DNA of 64,000 bases from the human T2T-CHM13v2.0 reference genome, Homo sapiens. The notes beneath the pieces were generated by a model, which saw only the letters and a list, made by a program, of their open reading frames with translations, made no database searches and was not told the origin of the DNA. A program made the position numbers and the translations under genes. Positions 38,459-51,100 of this stretch are shown piece after piece. Location: assembly GCF_009914755.1 (NCBI RefSeq), contig NC_060928.1. One strand, given 5' to 3'. Numbering within the stretch: the first letter of the stretch is position 1; each line of letters begins with the position of its first letter.

Positions 38459-41400
38459 CATTCTCAGAAACTTCTTTGTGCTGTATGTCCTCAATTCACA
38501 GAGCTGAACCTTTGTTTGGATACAGCATTTTGGAGACATTCCTTTAGTAGAATCTGCAAGTTGATATTTAGATAGCTTTGAAGATTTCGTTGGAAACGGG
38601 AATATCTTCATAAAAAATCTAGACGGAAGCATTCTCAGAAACTGCTTTGTGATGTTTGCATTCAAGTCACAGAGTTGAATATTCCCTTTTATAGAGTAGG
38701 TTTGAAACACTCTTTCGGCACTACCTGGAAGTGGATATTTCTAGCTCTTTGAGGCCTATGTTTAAAAGGAAATATCTTCCCATAAAAACTAGACAGATGC
38801 CGTCTCAGAAACTTGTTTGTGATGTGTGTATTCAACTAACAGAGTTGAACATTTCTGTTACAGAGCAATTTTAAAACACTCTTTTTGTGGAATCTGAAAG
38901 TGGATAATTGGATAGCTTTGTGGATTTCGTTGGAAACGGGATGACGTATAAAATCTAGAGAGAAGCATTCTCAGGAACTTCTTTCTGATGTTTGCATTCA
39001 AGTCACAGAATTGAACATTCCTTTTCATAGTGCAGGTTTGAAACACTCTTTCTGTAGTATCTGGAAGTGGACATTTCAAGCGCTTTCAGGTCTACGGGGA
39101 GAAAGGAAATATCTTCAAATAAAAACTAGACAGAAGGATTCTCAGAAACTTATTTGTGATGTGTGTCCTAAACGAACACAGTTGAACCTTTGTTTTGATA
39201 CAGCATTTTGGAAACACTCCTTTTGTAGGATCTGCAGGTGGATATTTGGATAGATTTTAAGATTTCGTTGGAAACGGGAGTTTCTTCATAGAAACTCAAG
39301 ACAGATGCATTCTCAGAAACATCTCTGTGATGTTTGCATTCCACTCATAGAGTTGAAAACTTCCTTTCATAGAGCAGGTTTGAAACACTCTTTTTGTAAT
39401 ATTTGGAAGTGGACATTTGCAGCGCTTTGAGGCCTATGGTGAAAAAGGAAATATCTTCTTATAAAAACCAGAAACAAGCATTCTCAGAAACTTCTTTTTG
39501 ATGTGTGTACTCAAGTAACAGAGTTGAACCTTCCTTTTGACACAGCAGTTTTGAAACAATCTTTTTGTAGAATCTGCAAGTGGATATTTGGATAGCTTTG
39601 AGGATTTCGTTGGAAACGGGATATCTTCATATAAAATCTAGACAGAAGCATTCTCAGAAACTTCTTTGTGCTGTATGTCCTCAATTAACAGAGTTGAACC
39701 ATTGCTTGGATACAGCATTTTGGAAACATTCCTGGAGTAGAATCTGCAAGTTGATATTTAGATAGATTTGAAGATTTCGTTGGAAAAGGGAATATCTCCA
39801 TATAAAATCTAGAGGGAAGCATTCTCAGAAACTGCTTTGTGATGTTTCCATTCAAGTCACAGAGTTGAATATTCCCTTTTATAGAGCACGTTTGAAACAC
39901 TCTTTCTGCACTATCTGGAAGTGGACATTTCGAGCGCTTTGAGGCCTATGGTGAAAAAGGAAATATCTTCCCATAAAAACTAGACAGAAGCATTCTCAGA
40001 AACTTGTTTGTGATGTGTGTATTCAACTAACAGAGTTGAACTTTTGTTTTTACAGAGCCGTTTTAAAACACTCTTTTTGTGGAATCAGAAAGTGGATATT
40101 CGGATGGCTCTGAGGATTTCGTTGGAAGCGGGATTACATATAAAATCTAGAGAGAAGCATTCTCAGGAACTTCTTTGTGATGTTTGCATTGAAGTCACAG
40201 AATTGAACATTCACTTTGATAGAGCAGGTTTGAAACACTCATTCTGTAGTATCTGGAAGTGGACATTTCAAGCGCTTTCAGGCCTATGGTGAGAAAGGAA
40301 ATATCTTCGAATAAAAACTAGACAGAAGCATCCTCAGAAACTTATTTGTGATGTGTGTCCTCAACTAACAGAGTTGAAACTTTGTTTTGATACAGCATTT
40401 TGGAAACACTCTTTTTGTAGAATCTGCAGGTGGATATTTGGATAGCTTAGAGGGATTCGTTGGAAAGGGGATATCTTCATATAAAATCTAGACAGAAGCA
40501 TTCTCAGAAACTTATTTGTGATGTGTGTCCTCAACTAACAGAGTTGAACCTTGGTTTTGATACAGCATTTTGGAAACACTCCTTTTGTAGAATCTGCAGG
40601 TGGATATGTGGATAGCTCTGAAGATTTCGTTGGAAACGGGAATTTCTTCATATAAAATCAAACAGAAGCATTCTCAGAAACTTCTCAGTGATGTTTGCAT
40701 TCAGCTCATGGAGTTGAACACTTCCTTTCATAGAGCCGGTTTGAAACACTCTTTCTGCACTACCTGGAAGAGGACATTTCGAGCGCTTTGAGTCCTATGG
40801 TGAAAAAGGAAATATCTTCTCATAAAAACCAGAAAGAAGCATTCTCAGAAACTTCTTTGTGTTGTGTGTACTCATGTAACAGTGTTGAACCATCCTTTTG
40901 ACAGAGCAGTTTTGAAACACTCTTTTTGTAGAATCTGCAAGTGGATATTTGGATAGCTTTGAGGATTTCGTTGGAAACGGGATGACATATAATATCTAGA
41001 GAGAAGCATACTCAGGAACTTCTTTGTGATGTTTGCATTCAAGTCACAGAATTGAACATTCCCTTTCATAGAGCAGGTTTGAAACACTCTTTCTCTAGTA
41101 TCTGGAAGTGGGCATTTCAAGCGCTTTCAGGCCTATGGAGAGAAAGGAAATACCTTCAAATAAAAACTAGACAGAAGCATTCTCAGAAACTTATTTGTGA
41201 TGTGTGTCCTCAACTAACAGAGTTGAACCTTTGTTTTGATACAGCATTTTGGAAACACTCCTTTTGTAGAATCTGCAGGTGGATATTTGGATAACTTTGA
41301 AGATTTCGTTGGAAACCGGAATATCTTCATATAAAATCAAGACAGAAGCATTCTCGGAAACATCTCTGTGATGTTTGCATTCAACTCAGTAGAGTTGAAC

Positions 41401-44400
41401 ACTTCCTTTCATAGAGCAGGTTTGAAACACTCTTTCTGCACTACCTGGAAGCGGACATTTCGAGCGCTTTGAGGCCTATGGTGAAAAAGGAAATAGCTTC
41501 TCATAAAAACCAGAAAGAAGCATTCTCAGAAACTTCTTTGTGTTGTGTGTACTCAAGTAACAGTGTTGAACCTTCCTTTTGACACAGCAGTTTTGAAACA
41601 CTCTTTTGGTAGAATCTGCAAGTGGATATTTGGATAGCTTTGAGGATTTCGTTGGAAACGGGTTATCTTCATATAAAATCCAGACAGGAGCATTCTCAGA
41701 AACTTCTTTGTGCTGCATGTCCTCAATTCACAGAGCTGAACCTTTGTTTGGATACAGCATTTTGGAAACATTCCTTTAGTAGAATCTGCAAGTTGATATT
41801 TAGATAGCTTTGAAGATTTCGTTGGAAACGGGAATATCTTCATAGAAAATCTAGACGGAAGCATTCTCAGAAACTGCTTTGTGATGTTTGCATTCAAGTC
41901 ACAGAGTTGAATATTCCCTTTTATAGAGTAGGTTTGAAACACTCTTTTGGCACTACCTGGAAGTGGATATTTCGAGCTCTTTGAGGCCTATGGTTAAAAG
42001 GAAATATCTTCCCATAAAAACTAGACAGAAGCCGTCTCAGAAACTTGTTTGTGATGTGTGTATTCAACTAACAGAGTTGAACATTTCTGTTACAGAGCAA
42101 TTTTAAAACACTCTTTTTGTGGAATCTGAAAGTGGATAATTGGATAGCTTTGTGGATTTCATTGGAAACGGGATGACGTATAAAATCTAGAGAGAAGCAT
42201 TCTCAGGAACTTCTTTGTGATGTTTGCATTCAAGTCACAGAATTGAACATTCCCTTTCATAGAGCAGGTTTGAAACACTCTTTCTCTAGTATCTGGAAGT
42301 GGGCATTTCAAGCGCTTTCAGGCCTATGGAGAGAAAGGAAATACCTTCAAATAAAAACTAGACAGAAGCATTCTCAGAAACTTATTTGTGATGTGTGTCC
42401 TCAACTAACAGAGTTGAACCTTTGTTTTGATACAGCATTTTGGAAACACTCCTTTTGTAGGATCTGCAGGTGGATATTTGGATAGATTTTAAGATTTCGT
42501 TGGAAACGGGAGTTTCTTCATAGAAACTCAAGACAGATGCATTCTCAGAAACATCTCTGTGATGTTTGCATTCCACTCATAGAGTTGAAAACTTCCTTTC
42601 ATAGAGCAGGTTTGAAACACTCTTTTTGTAATATTTGGAAGTGGACATTTGCAGCGCTTTGAGGCCTATGGTGAAAAAGGAAATATCTTCTTATAAAAAC
42701 CAGAAACAAGCATTCTCAGAAACTTCTTTTTGATGTGTGTACTCAAGTAACAGAGTTGAACCTTCCTTTTGACACAGCAGTTTTGAAACAATCTTTTTGT
42801 AGAATCTGCAAGTGGATATTTGGATAGCTTTGAGGATTTCGTTGGAAACGGGATATCTTCATATAAAATCTAGACAGAAGCATTCTCAGAAACTTCTTTG
42901 TGCTGTATGTCCTCAATTAACAGAGTTGAACCATTGCTTGGATACAGCATTTTGGAAACATTCCTGGAGTAGAATCTGCAAGTTGATATTTAGATAGATT
43001 TGAAGATTTCGTTGGAAAAGGGAATATCTCCATATAAAATCTAGAGGGAAGCATTCTCAGAAACTGCTTTGTGATGTTTCCATTCAAGTCACAGAGTTGA
43101 ATATTCCCTTTTATAGAGCACGTTTGAAACACTCTTTCTGCACTATCTGGAAGTGGACATTTCGAGCGCTTTGAGGCCTATGGTGAAAAAGGAAATATCT
43201 TCCCATAAAAACTAGACAGAAGCATTCTCAGAAACTTGTTTGTGATGTGTGTATTCAACTAACAGAGTTGAACTTTTGTTTTTACAGAGCCGTTTTAAAA
43301 CACTCTTTTTGTGGAATCAGAAAGTGGATATTCGGATGGCTCTGAGGATTTCGTTGGAAGCGGGATTACATATAAAATCTAGAGAGAAGCATTCTCAGGA
43401 ACTTCTTTGTGATGTTTGCATTGAAGTCACAGAATTGAACATTCACTTTGATAGAGCAGGTTTGAAACACTCATTCTGTAGTATCTGGAAGTGGACATTT
43501 CAAGCGCTTTCAGGCCTATGGTGAGAAAGGAAATATCTTCGAATAAAAACTAGACAGAAGCATCCTCAGAAACTTATTTGTGATGTGTGTCCTCAACTAA
43601 CAGAGTTGAAACTTTGTTTTGATACAGCATTTTGGAAACACTCTTTTTGTAGAATCTGCAGGTGGATATTTGGATAGCTTAGAGGGATTCGTTGGAAAGG
43701 GGATATCTTCATATAAAATCTAGACAGAAGCATTCTCAGAAACTTATTTGTGATGTGTGTCCTCAACTAACAGAGTTGAACCTTGGTTTTGATACAGCAT
43801 TTTGGAAACACTCCTTTTGTAGAATCTGCAGGTGGATATGTGGATAGCTCTGAAGATTTCGTTGGAAACGGGAATTTCTTCATATAAAATCAAACAGAAG
43901 CATTCTCAGAAACTTCTCAGTGATGTTTGCATTCAGCTCATGGAGTTGAACACTTCCTTTCATAGAGCCGGTTTGAAACACTCTTTCTGCACTACCTGGA
44001 AGAGGACATTTCGAGCGCTTTGAGTCCTATGGTGAAAAAGGAAATATCTTCTCATAAAAACCAGAAAGAAGCATTCTCAGAAACTTCTTTGTGTTGTGTG
44101 TACTCATGTAACAGTGTTGAACCATCCTTTTGACAGAGCAGTTTTGAAACACTCTTTTTGTAGAATCTGCAAGTGGATATTTGGATAGCTTTGAGGATTT
44201 CGTTGGAAACGGGATGACATATAATATCTAGAGAGAAGCATACTCAGGAACTTCTTTGTGATGTTTGCATTCAAGTCACAGAATTGAACATTCCCTTTCA
44301 TAGAGCAGGTTTGAAACACTCTTTCTCTAGTATCTGGAAGTGGGCATTTCAAGCGCTTTCAGGCCTATGGAGAGAAAGGAAATACCTTCAAATAAAAACT

Positions 44401-47400
44401 AGACAGAAGCATTCTCAGAAACTTATTTGTGATGTGTGTCCTCAACTAACAGAGTTGAACCTTTGTTTTGATACAGCATTTTGGAAACACTCCTTTTGTA
44501 GAATCTGCAGGTGGATATTTGGATAACTTTGAAGATTTCGTTGGAAACCGGAATATCTTCATATAAAATCAAGACAGAAGCATTCTCGGAAACATCTCTG
44601 TGATGTTTGCATTCAACTCAGTAGAGTTGAACACTTCCTTTCATAGAGCAGGTTTGAAACACTCTTTCTGCACTACCTGGAAGCGGACATTTCGAGCGCT
44701 TTGAGGCCTATGGTGAAAAAGGAAATAGCTTCTCATAAAAACCAGAAAGAAGCATTCTCAGAAACTTCTTTGTGTTGTGTGTACTCAAGTAACAGTGTTG
44801 AACCTTCCTTTTGACACAGCAGTTTTGAAACACTCTTTTGGTAGAATCTGCAAGTGGATATTTGGATAGCTTTGAGGATTTCGTTGGAAACGGGTTATCT
44901 TCATATAAAATCCAGACAGGAGCATTCTCAGAAACTTCTTTGTGCTGCATGTCCTCAATTCACAGAGCTGAACCTTTGTTTGGATACAGCATTTTGGAAA
45001 CATTCCTTTAGTAGAATCTGCAAGTTGATATTTAGATAGCTTTGAAGATTTCGTTGGAAACGGGAATATCTTCATAGAAAATCTAGACGGAAGCATTCTC
45101 AGAAACTGCTTTGTGATGTTTGCATTCAAGTCACAGAGTTGAATATTCCCTTTTATAGAGTAGGTTTGAAACACTCTTTTGGCACTACCTGGAAGTGGAT
45201 ATTTCGAGCTCTTTGAGGCCTATGGTTAAAAGGAAATATCTTCCCATAAAAACTAGACAGAAGCCGTCTCAGAAACTTGTTTGTGATGTGTGTATTCAAC
45301 TAACAGAGTTGAACATTTCTGTTACAGAGCAATTTTAAAACACTCTTTTTGTGGAATCTGAAAGTGGATAATTGGATAGCTTTGTGGATTTCATTGGAAA
45401 CGGGATGACGTATAAAATCTAGAGAGAAGCATTCTCAGGAACTTCTTTGTGATGTTTGCATTCAAGTCACAGAATTGAACATTCCCTTTCATAGAGCAGG
45501 TTTGAAACACTCTTTCTCTAGTATCTGGAAGTGGGCATTTCAAGCGCTTTCAGGCCTATGGAGAGAAAGGAAATACCTTCAAATAAAAACTAGACAGAAG
45601 CATTCTCAGAAACTTATTTGTGATGTGTGTCCTCAACTAACAGAGTTGAACCTTTGTTTTGATACAGCATTTTGGAAACACTCCTTTTGTAGGATCTGCA
45701 GGTGGATATTTGGATAGATTTTAAGATTTCGTTGGAAACGGGAGTTTCTTCATAGAAACTCAAGACAGATGCATTCTCAGAAACATCTCTGTGATGTTTG
45801 CATTCCACTCATAGAGTTGAAAACTTCCTTTCATAGAGCAGGTTTGAAACACTCTTTTTGTAATATTTGGAAGTGGACATTTGCAGCGCTTTGAGGCCTA
45901 TGGTGAAAAAGGAAATATCTTCTCATAAAAACCAGAAACAAGCATTCTCAGAAACTTCTTTTTGATGTGTGTACTCAAGTAACAGAGTTGAACCTTCCTT
46001 TTGACACAGCAGTTTTGAAACAATCTTTTTGTAGAATCTGCAAGTGGATATTTGGATAGCTTTGAGGATTTCGTTGGAAACGGGATATCTTCATATAAAA
46101 TCTAGACAGAAGCATTCTCAGAAACTTCTTTGTGCTGTATGTCCTCAATTAACAGAGTTGAACCATTGCTTGGATACAGCATTTTGGAAACATTCCTTGA
46201 GTAGAATCTGCAAGTTGATATTTAGATAGATTTGAAGATTTCGTTGGAAAAGGGAATATCTCCATATAAAATCTAGAGGGAAGCATTCTCAGAAACTGCT
46301 TTGTGATGTTTCCATTCAAGTCACAGAGTTGAATATTCCCTTTTATAGAACACGTTTGAAACACTCTTTCTGCACTATCTGGAAGTGGACATTTCGAGCG
46401 CTTTGAGGCCTATGGTGAAAAAGGAAATATCTTCCCATAAAAACTAGACAGAAGCATTCTCAGAAACTTGTTTGTGATGTGTGTATTCAACTAACAGAGT
46501 TGAACTTTTGTTTTTACAGAGCCGTTTTAAAACACTCTTTTTGTGGAATCAGAAAGTGGATATTCGGATGGCTCTGAGGATTTCGTTGGAAGCGGGATTA
46601 CATATAAAATCTAGAGAGAAGCATTCTCAGGAACTTCTTTGTGATGTTTGCATTGAAGTCACAGAATTGAACATTCACTTTGATAGAGCAGGTTTGAAAC
46701 ACTCATTCTGTAGTATCTGGAAGTGGACATTTCAAGCGCTTTCAGGCCTATGGTGAGAAAGGAAATATCTTCGAATAAAAACTAGACAGAAGCATCCTCA
46801 GAAACTTATTTGTGATGTGTGTCCTCAACTAACAGAGTTGAAACTTTGTTTTGATACAGCATTTTGGAAACACTCTTTTTGTAGAATCTGCAGGTGGATA
46901 TTTGGATAGCTTAGAGGGATTCGTTGGAAAGGGGATATCTTCATATAAAATCTAGACAGAAGCATTCTCAGAAACTTATTTGTGATGTGTGTCCTCAACT
47001 AACAGAGTTGAACCTTGGTTTTGATACAGCATTTTGGAAACACTCCTTTTGTAGAATCTGCAGGTGGATATGTGGATAGCTCTGAAGATTTCGTTGGAAA
47101 CGGGAATTTCTTCATATAAAATCAAACAGAAGCATTCTCAGAAACTTCTCAGTGATGTTTGCATTCAGCTCATGGAGTTGAACACTTCCTTTCATAGAGC
47201 CGGTTTGAAACACTCTTTCTGCACTACCTGGAAGAGGACATTTCGAGCGCTTTGAGTCCTATGGTGAAAAAGGAAATATCTTCTCATAAAAACCAGAAAG
47301 AAGCATTCTCAGAAACTACTTTGTGTTGTGTGTACTCATGTAACAGTGTTGAACCATCCTTTTGACAGAGCAGTTTTGAAACACTCTTTTTGTAGAATCT

Positions 47401-48154
47401 GCAAGTGGATATTTGGATAGCTTTGAGGATTTCGTTGGAAACGGGATGACATATAATCTCTAGAGAGAAGCATACTCAGGAACTTCTTTGTGATGTTTGC
47501 ATTCAAGTCACAGAATTGAACATTCCCTTTCATAGAGCAGGTTTGAAACACTCTTTCTCTAGTATCTGGAAGTGGGCATTTCAAGCGCTTTCAGGCCTAT
47601 GGAGAGAAAGGAAATACCTTCAAATAAAAACTAGACAGAAGCATTCTCAGAAACTTATTTGTGATGTGTGTCCTCAACTAACAGAGTTGAACCTTTGTTT
47701 TGATACAGCATTTTGGAAACACTCCTTTTGTAGAATCTGCAGGTGGATATTTGGACAACTTTGAAGATTTCGTTGGAAACCGGAATATCTTCATATAAAA
47801 TCAAGACAGAAGCATTCTCGGAAACATCTCTGTGATGTTTGCATTCAACTCAGTAGAGTTGAACACTTCCTTTCATAGAGCAGGTTTGAAACACTCTTTC
47901 TGCACTACCTGGAAGCGGACATTTCGAGCGCTTTGAGGCCTATGGTGAAAAAGGAAATATCTTCTCATAAAAACCAGAAAGAAGCATTCTCAGAAACTTC
48001 TTTGTGTTGTGTGTACTCAAGTAACAGTGTTGAACCTTCCTTTTGACACAGCAGTTTTGAAACACTCTTTTGGTAGAATCTGCAAGTGGATATTTGGATA
48101 GCTTTGAGGATTTCGTTGGAAACGGGTTATCTTCATATAAAATCCAGACAGGAG
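38459..48154 (+). repeat. Three 19-mer HORs; the second and third carry the m16/m17-for-m4/m5 mosaic
   Basis: m1 at 38459, 41691, 44923, 48155 (3,232 spacing). The mosaic ORF variant occurs at 42243 and 45475. Confidence 0.93.
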
Positions 48155-51100
48155 CATTCTCAGAAACTTCTTTGTGCTGCATGTCCTCAATTCACAGAGC
48201 TGAACCTTTGTTTGGATACAGCATTTTGGAAACATTCCTTTAGTAGAATCTGCAAGTTGATATTTAGATAGCTTTGAAGATTTCGTTGGAAACGGGAATA
48301 TCTTCATAGAAAATCTAGACGGAAGCATTCTCAGAAACTGCTTTGTGATGTTTGCATTCAAGTCACAGAGTTGAATATTCCCTTTTATAGAGTAGGTTTG
48401 AAACACTCTTTCGGCACTACCTGGAAGTGGATATTTCGAGCTCTTTGAGGCCTATGGTTAAAAGGAAATATCTTCCCATAAAAACTAGACAGAAGCCGTC
48501 TCAGAAACTTGTTTGTGATGTGTGTATTCAACTAACAGAGTTGAACATTTCTGTTACAGAGCAATTTTAAAACACTCTTTTTGTGGAATCTGAAAGTGGA
48601 TAATTGGATAGCTTTGTGGATTTCGTTGGAAACGGGATGACATATAAAATCTAGAGAGAAGCATTCTCAGGAACTTCTTTCTGATGTTTGCATTCAAGTC
48701 ACAGAATTGAACATTCCTTTTCATAGTGCAGGTTTGAAACACTCTTTCTGTAGTATCTGGAAGTGGACATTTCAAGCGCTTTCAGGCCTACGGGGAGAAA
48801 GGAAATATCTTCAAATAAAAACTAGACAGAAGGATTCTCAGAAACTTATTTGTGATGTGTGTCCTAAACGAACACAGTTGAACCTTTGTTTTGATACAGC
48901 ATTTTGGAAACACTCCTTTTGTAGGATCTGCAGGTGGATATTTGGATAGATTTTAAGATTTCGTTGGAAACGGGAGTTTCTTCATAGAAACTCAAGACAG
49001 ATGCATTCTCAGAAACATCTCTGTGATGTTTGCATTCCACTCATAGAGTTGAAAACTTCCTTTCATAGAGCAGGTTTGAAACACTCTTTTTGTAATATTT
49101 GGAAGTGGACATTTGCAGCACTTTGAGGCCTATGGTGAAAAAGGAAATATCTTCTCATAAAAACCAGAAACAAGCATTCTCAGAAACTTCTTTTTGATGT
49201 GTGTACTCAAGTAACAGAGTTGAACCTTCCTTTTGACACAGCAGTTTTGAAACAATCTTTTTGTAGAATCTGCAAGTGGATATTTGGATAGCTTTGAGGA
49301 TTTCGTTGGAAACGGGATATCTTCATATAAAATCTAGACAGAAGCATTCTCAGAAACTTCTTTGTGCTGTATGCCCTCAATTAACAGAGTTGAACCATTG
49401 GATACAGCATTTTGGAAACATTCCTTGAGTAGAATCTGCAAGTTGATATTTAGATAGATTTGAAGATTTCATTGGAAAAGGGAATATCTCCATATAAAAT
49501 CTAGAGGGAAGCATTCTCAGAAACTGCTTTGTGATGTTTCCATTCAAGTCACAGAGTTGAATATTCCCTTTTATAGAGCACGTTTGAAACACTCTTTCTG
49601 CACTATCTGGAAGTGGACATTTCGAGCGCTTTGAGGCCTATGGTGAAAAAGGAAATATCTTCCCATAAAAACTAGACAGAAGCATTCTCAGAAACTTGTT
49701 TGTGATGTGTGTATTCAACTAACAGAGTTGAACTTTTGTTTTTACAGAGCCGTTTTAAAACACTCTTTTTGTGGAATCAGAAAGTGGATATTCGGATGGC
49801 TCTGAGGATTTCGTTGGAATCGGGATTACATATAAAATCTAGAGAGAAGCATTCTCAGGAACTTCTTTGTGATGTTTGCATTGAAGTCACAGAATTGAAC
49901 ATTCACTTTGATAGAGCAGGTTTGAAACACTCATTCTGTAGTATCTGGAACTGGACATTTCAAGCGCTTTCAGGCCTATGGTGAGAAAGGAAATATCTTC
50001 GAATAAAAACTAGACAGAAGCATCCTCAGAAACTTATTTGTGATGTGTGTCCTCAACTAACAGAGTTGAAACTTTGTTTTGATACAGCATTTTGGAAACA
50101 CTCTTTTTGTAGAATCTGCAGGTGGATATTTGGATAGCTTAGAGGGATTCGTTGGAAAGGGGATATCTTCATATAAAATCTAGACAGAAGCATTCTCAGA
50201 AACTTATTTGTGATGTGTGTCCTCAACTAACAGAGTTGAACCTTGGTTTTGATACAGCATTTTGGAAACACTCCTTTTGTAGAATCTGCAGGTGGATATG
50301 TGGATAGCTCTGAAGATTTCGTTGGAAACGGGAATTTCTTCATATAAAATCAAACAGAAGCATTCTCAGAAACTTCTCAGTGATGTTTGCATTCAGCTCA
50401 TGGAGTTGAACACTTCCTTTCATAGAACCGGTTTGAAACACTCTTTCTGCACTACCTGGAAGAGGACATTTCGAGCGCTTTGAGTCCTATGGTGAAAAAG
50501 GAAATATCTTCTCATAAAAACCAGAAAGAAGCATTCTCAGAAACTTCTTTGTGTTGTGTGTACTCATGTAACAGTGTTGAACCATCCTTTTGACAGAGCA
50601 GTTTTGAAACACTCTTTTTGTAGAATCTGCAACTGGATATTTGGATAGCTTTGAGGATTTCGTTGGAAACGGGATGACATATAATATCTAGAGAGAAGCA
50701 TTCTCAGGAACTTCTTTGTGATGTTTGCATTCAAGTCACAGAATTGAACATTCCCTTTCATAGAGCAGGTTTGAAACACTCTTTCTCTAGTATCTGGAAG
50801 TGGGCATTTCAAGCGCTTTCAGGCCTATGGAGAGAAAGGAAATACCTTCAAATAAAAACTAGACAGAAGCATTCTCAGAAACTTATTTGTGATGTGTGTC
50901 CTCAACTAACAGAGTTGAACTTTTGTTTTGATACAGCATTTTGGAAACACTCCTTTTGTAGGATCTGCAGGTGGATATTTGGATAGATTTTAAGATTTCG
51001 TTGGAAACGGGAGTTTCTTCATAGAAACTCAAGACAGATGCATTCTCAGAAACATCTCTGTGATGTTTGCATTCCACTCATAGATTTGAAAACTTCCTTT

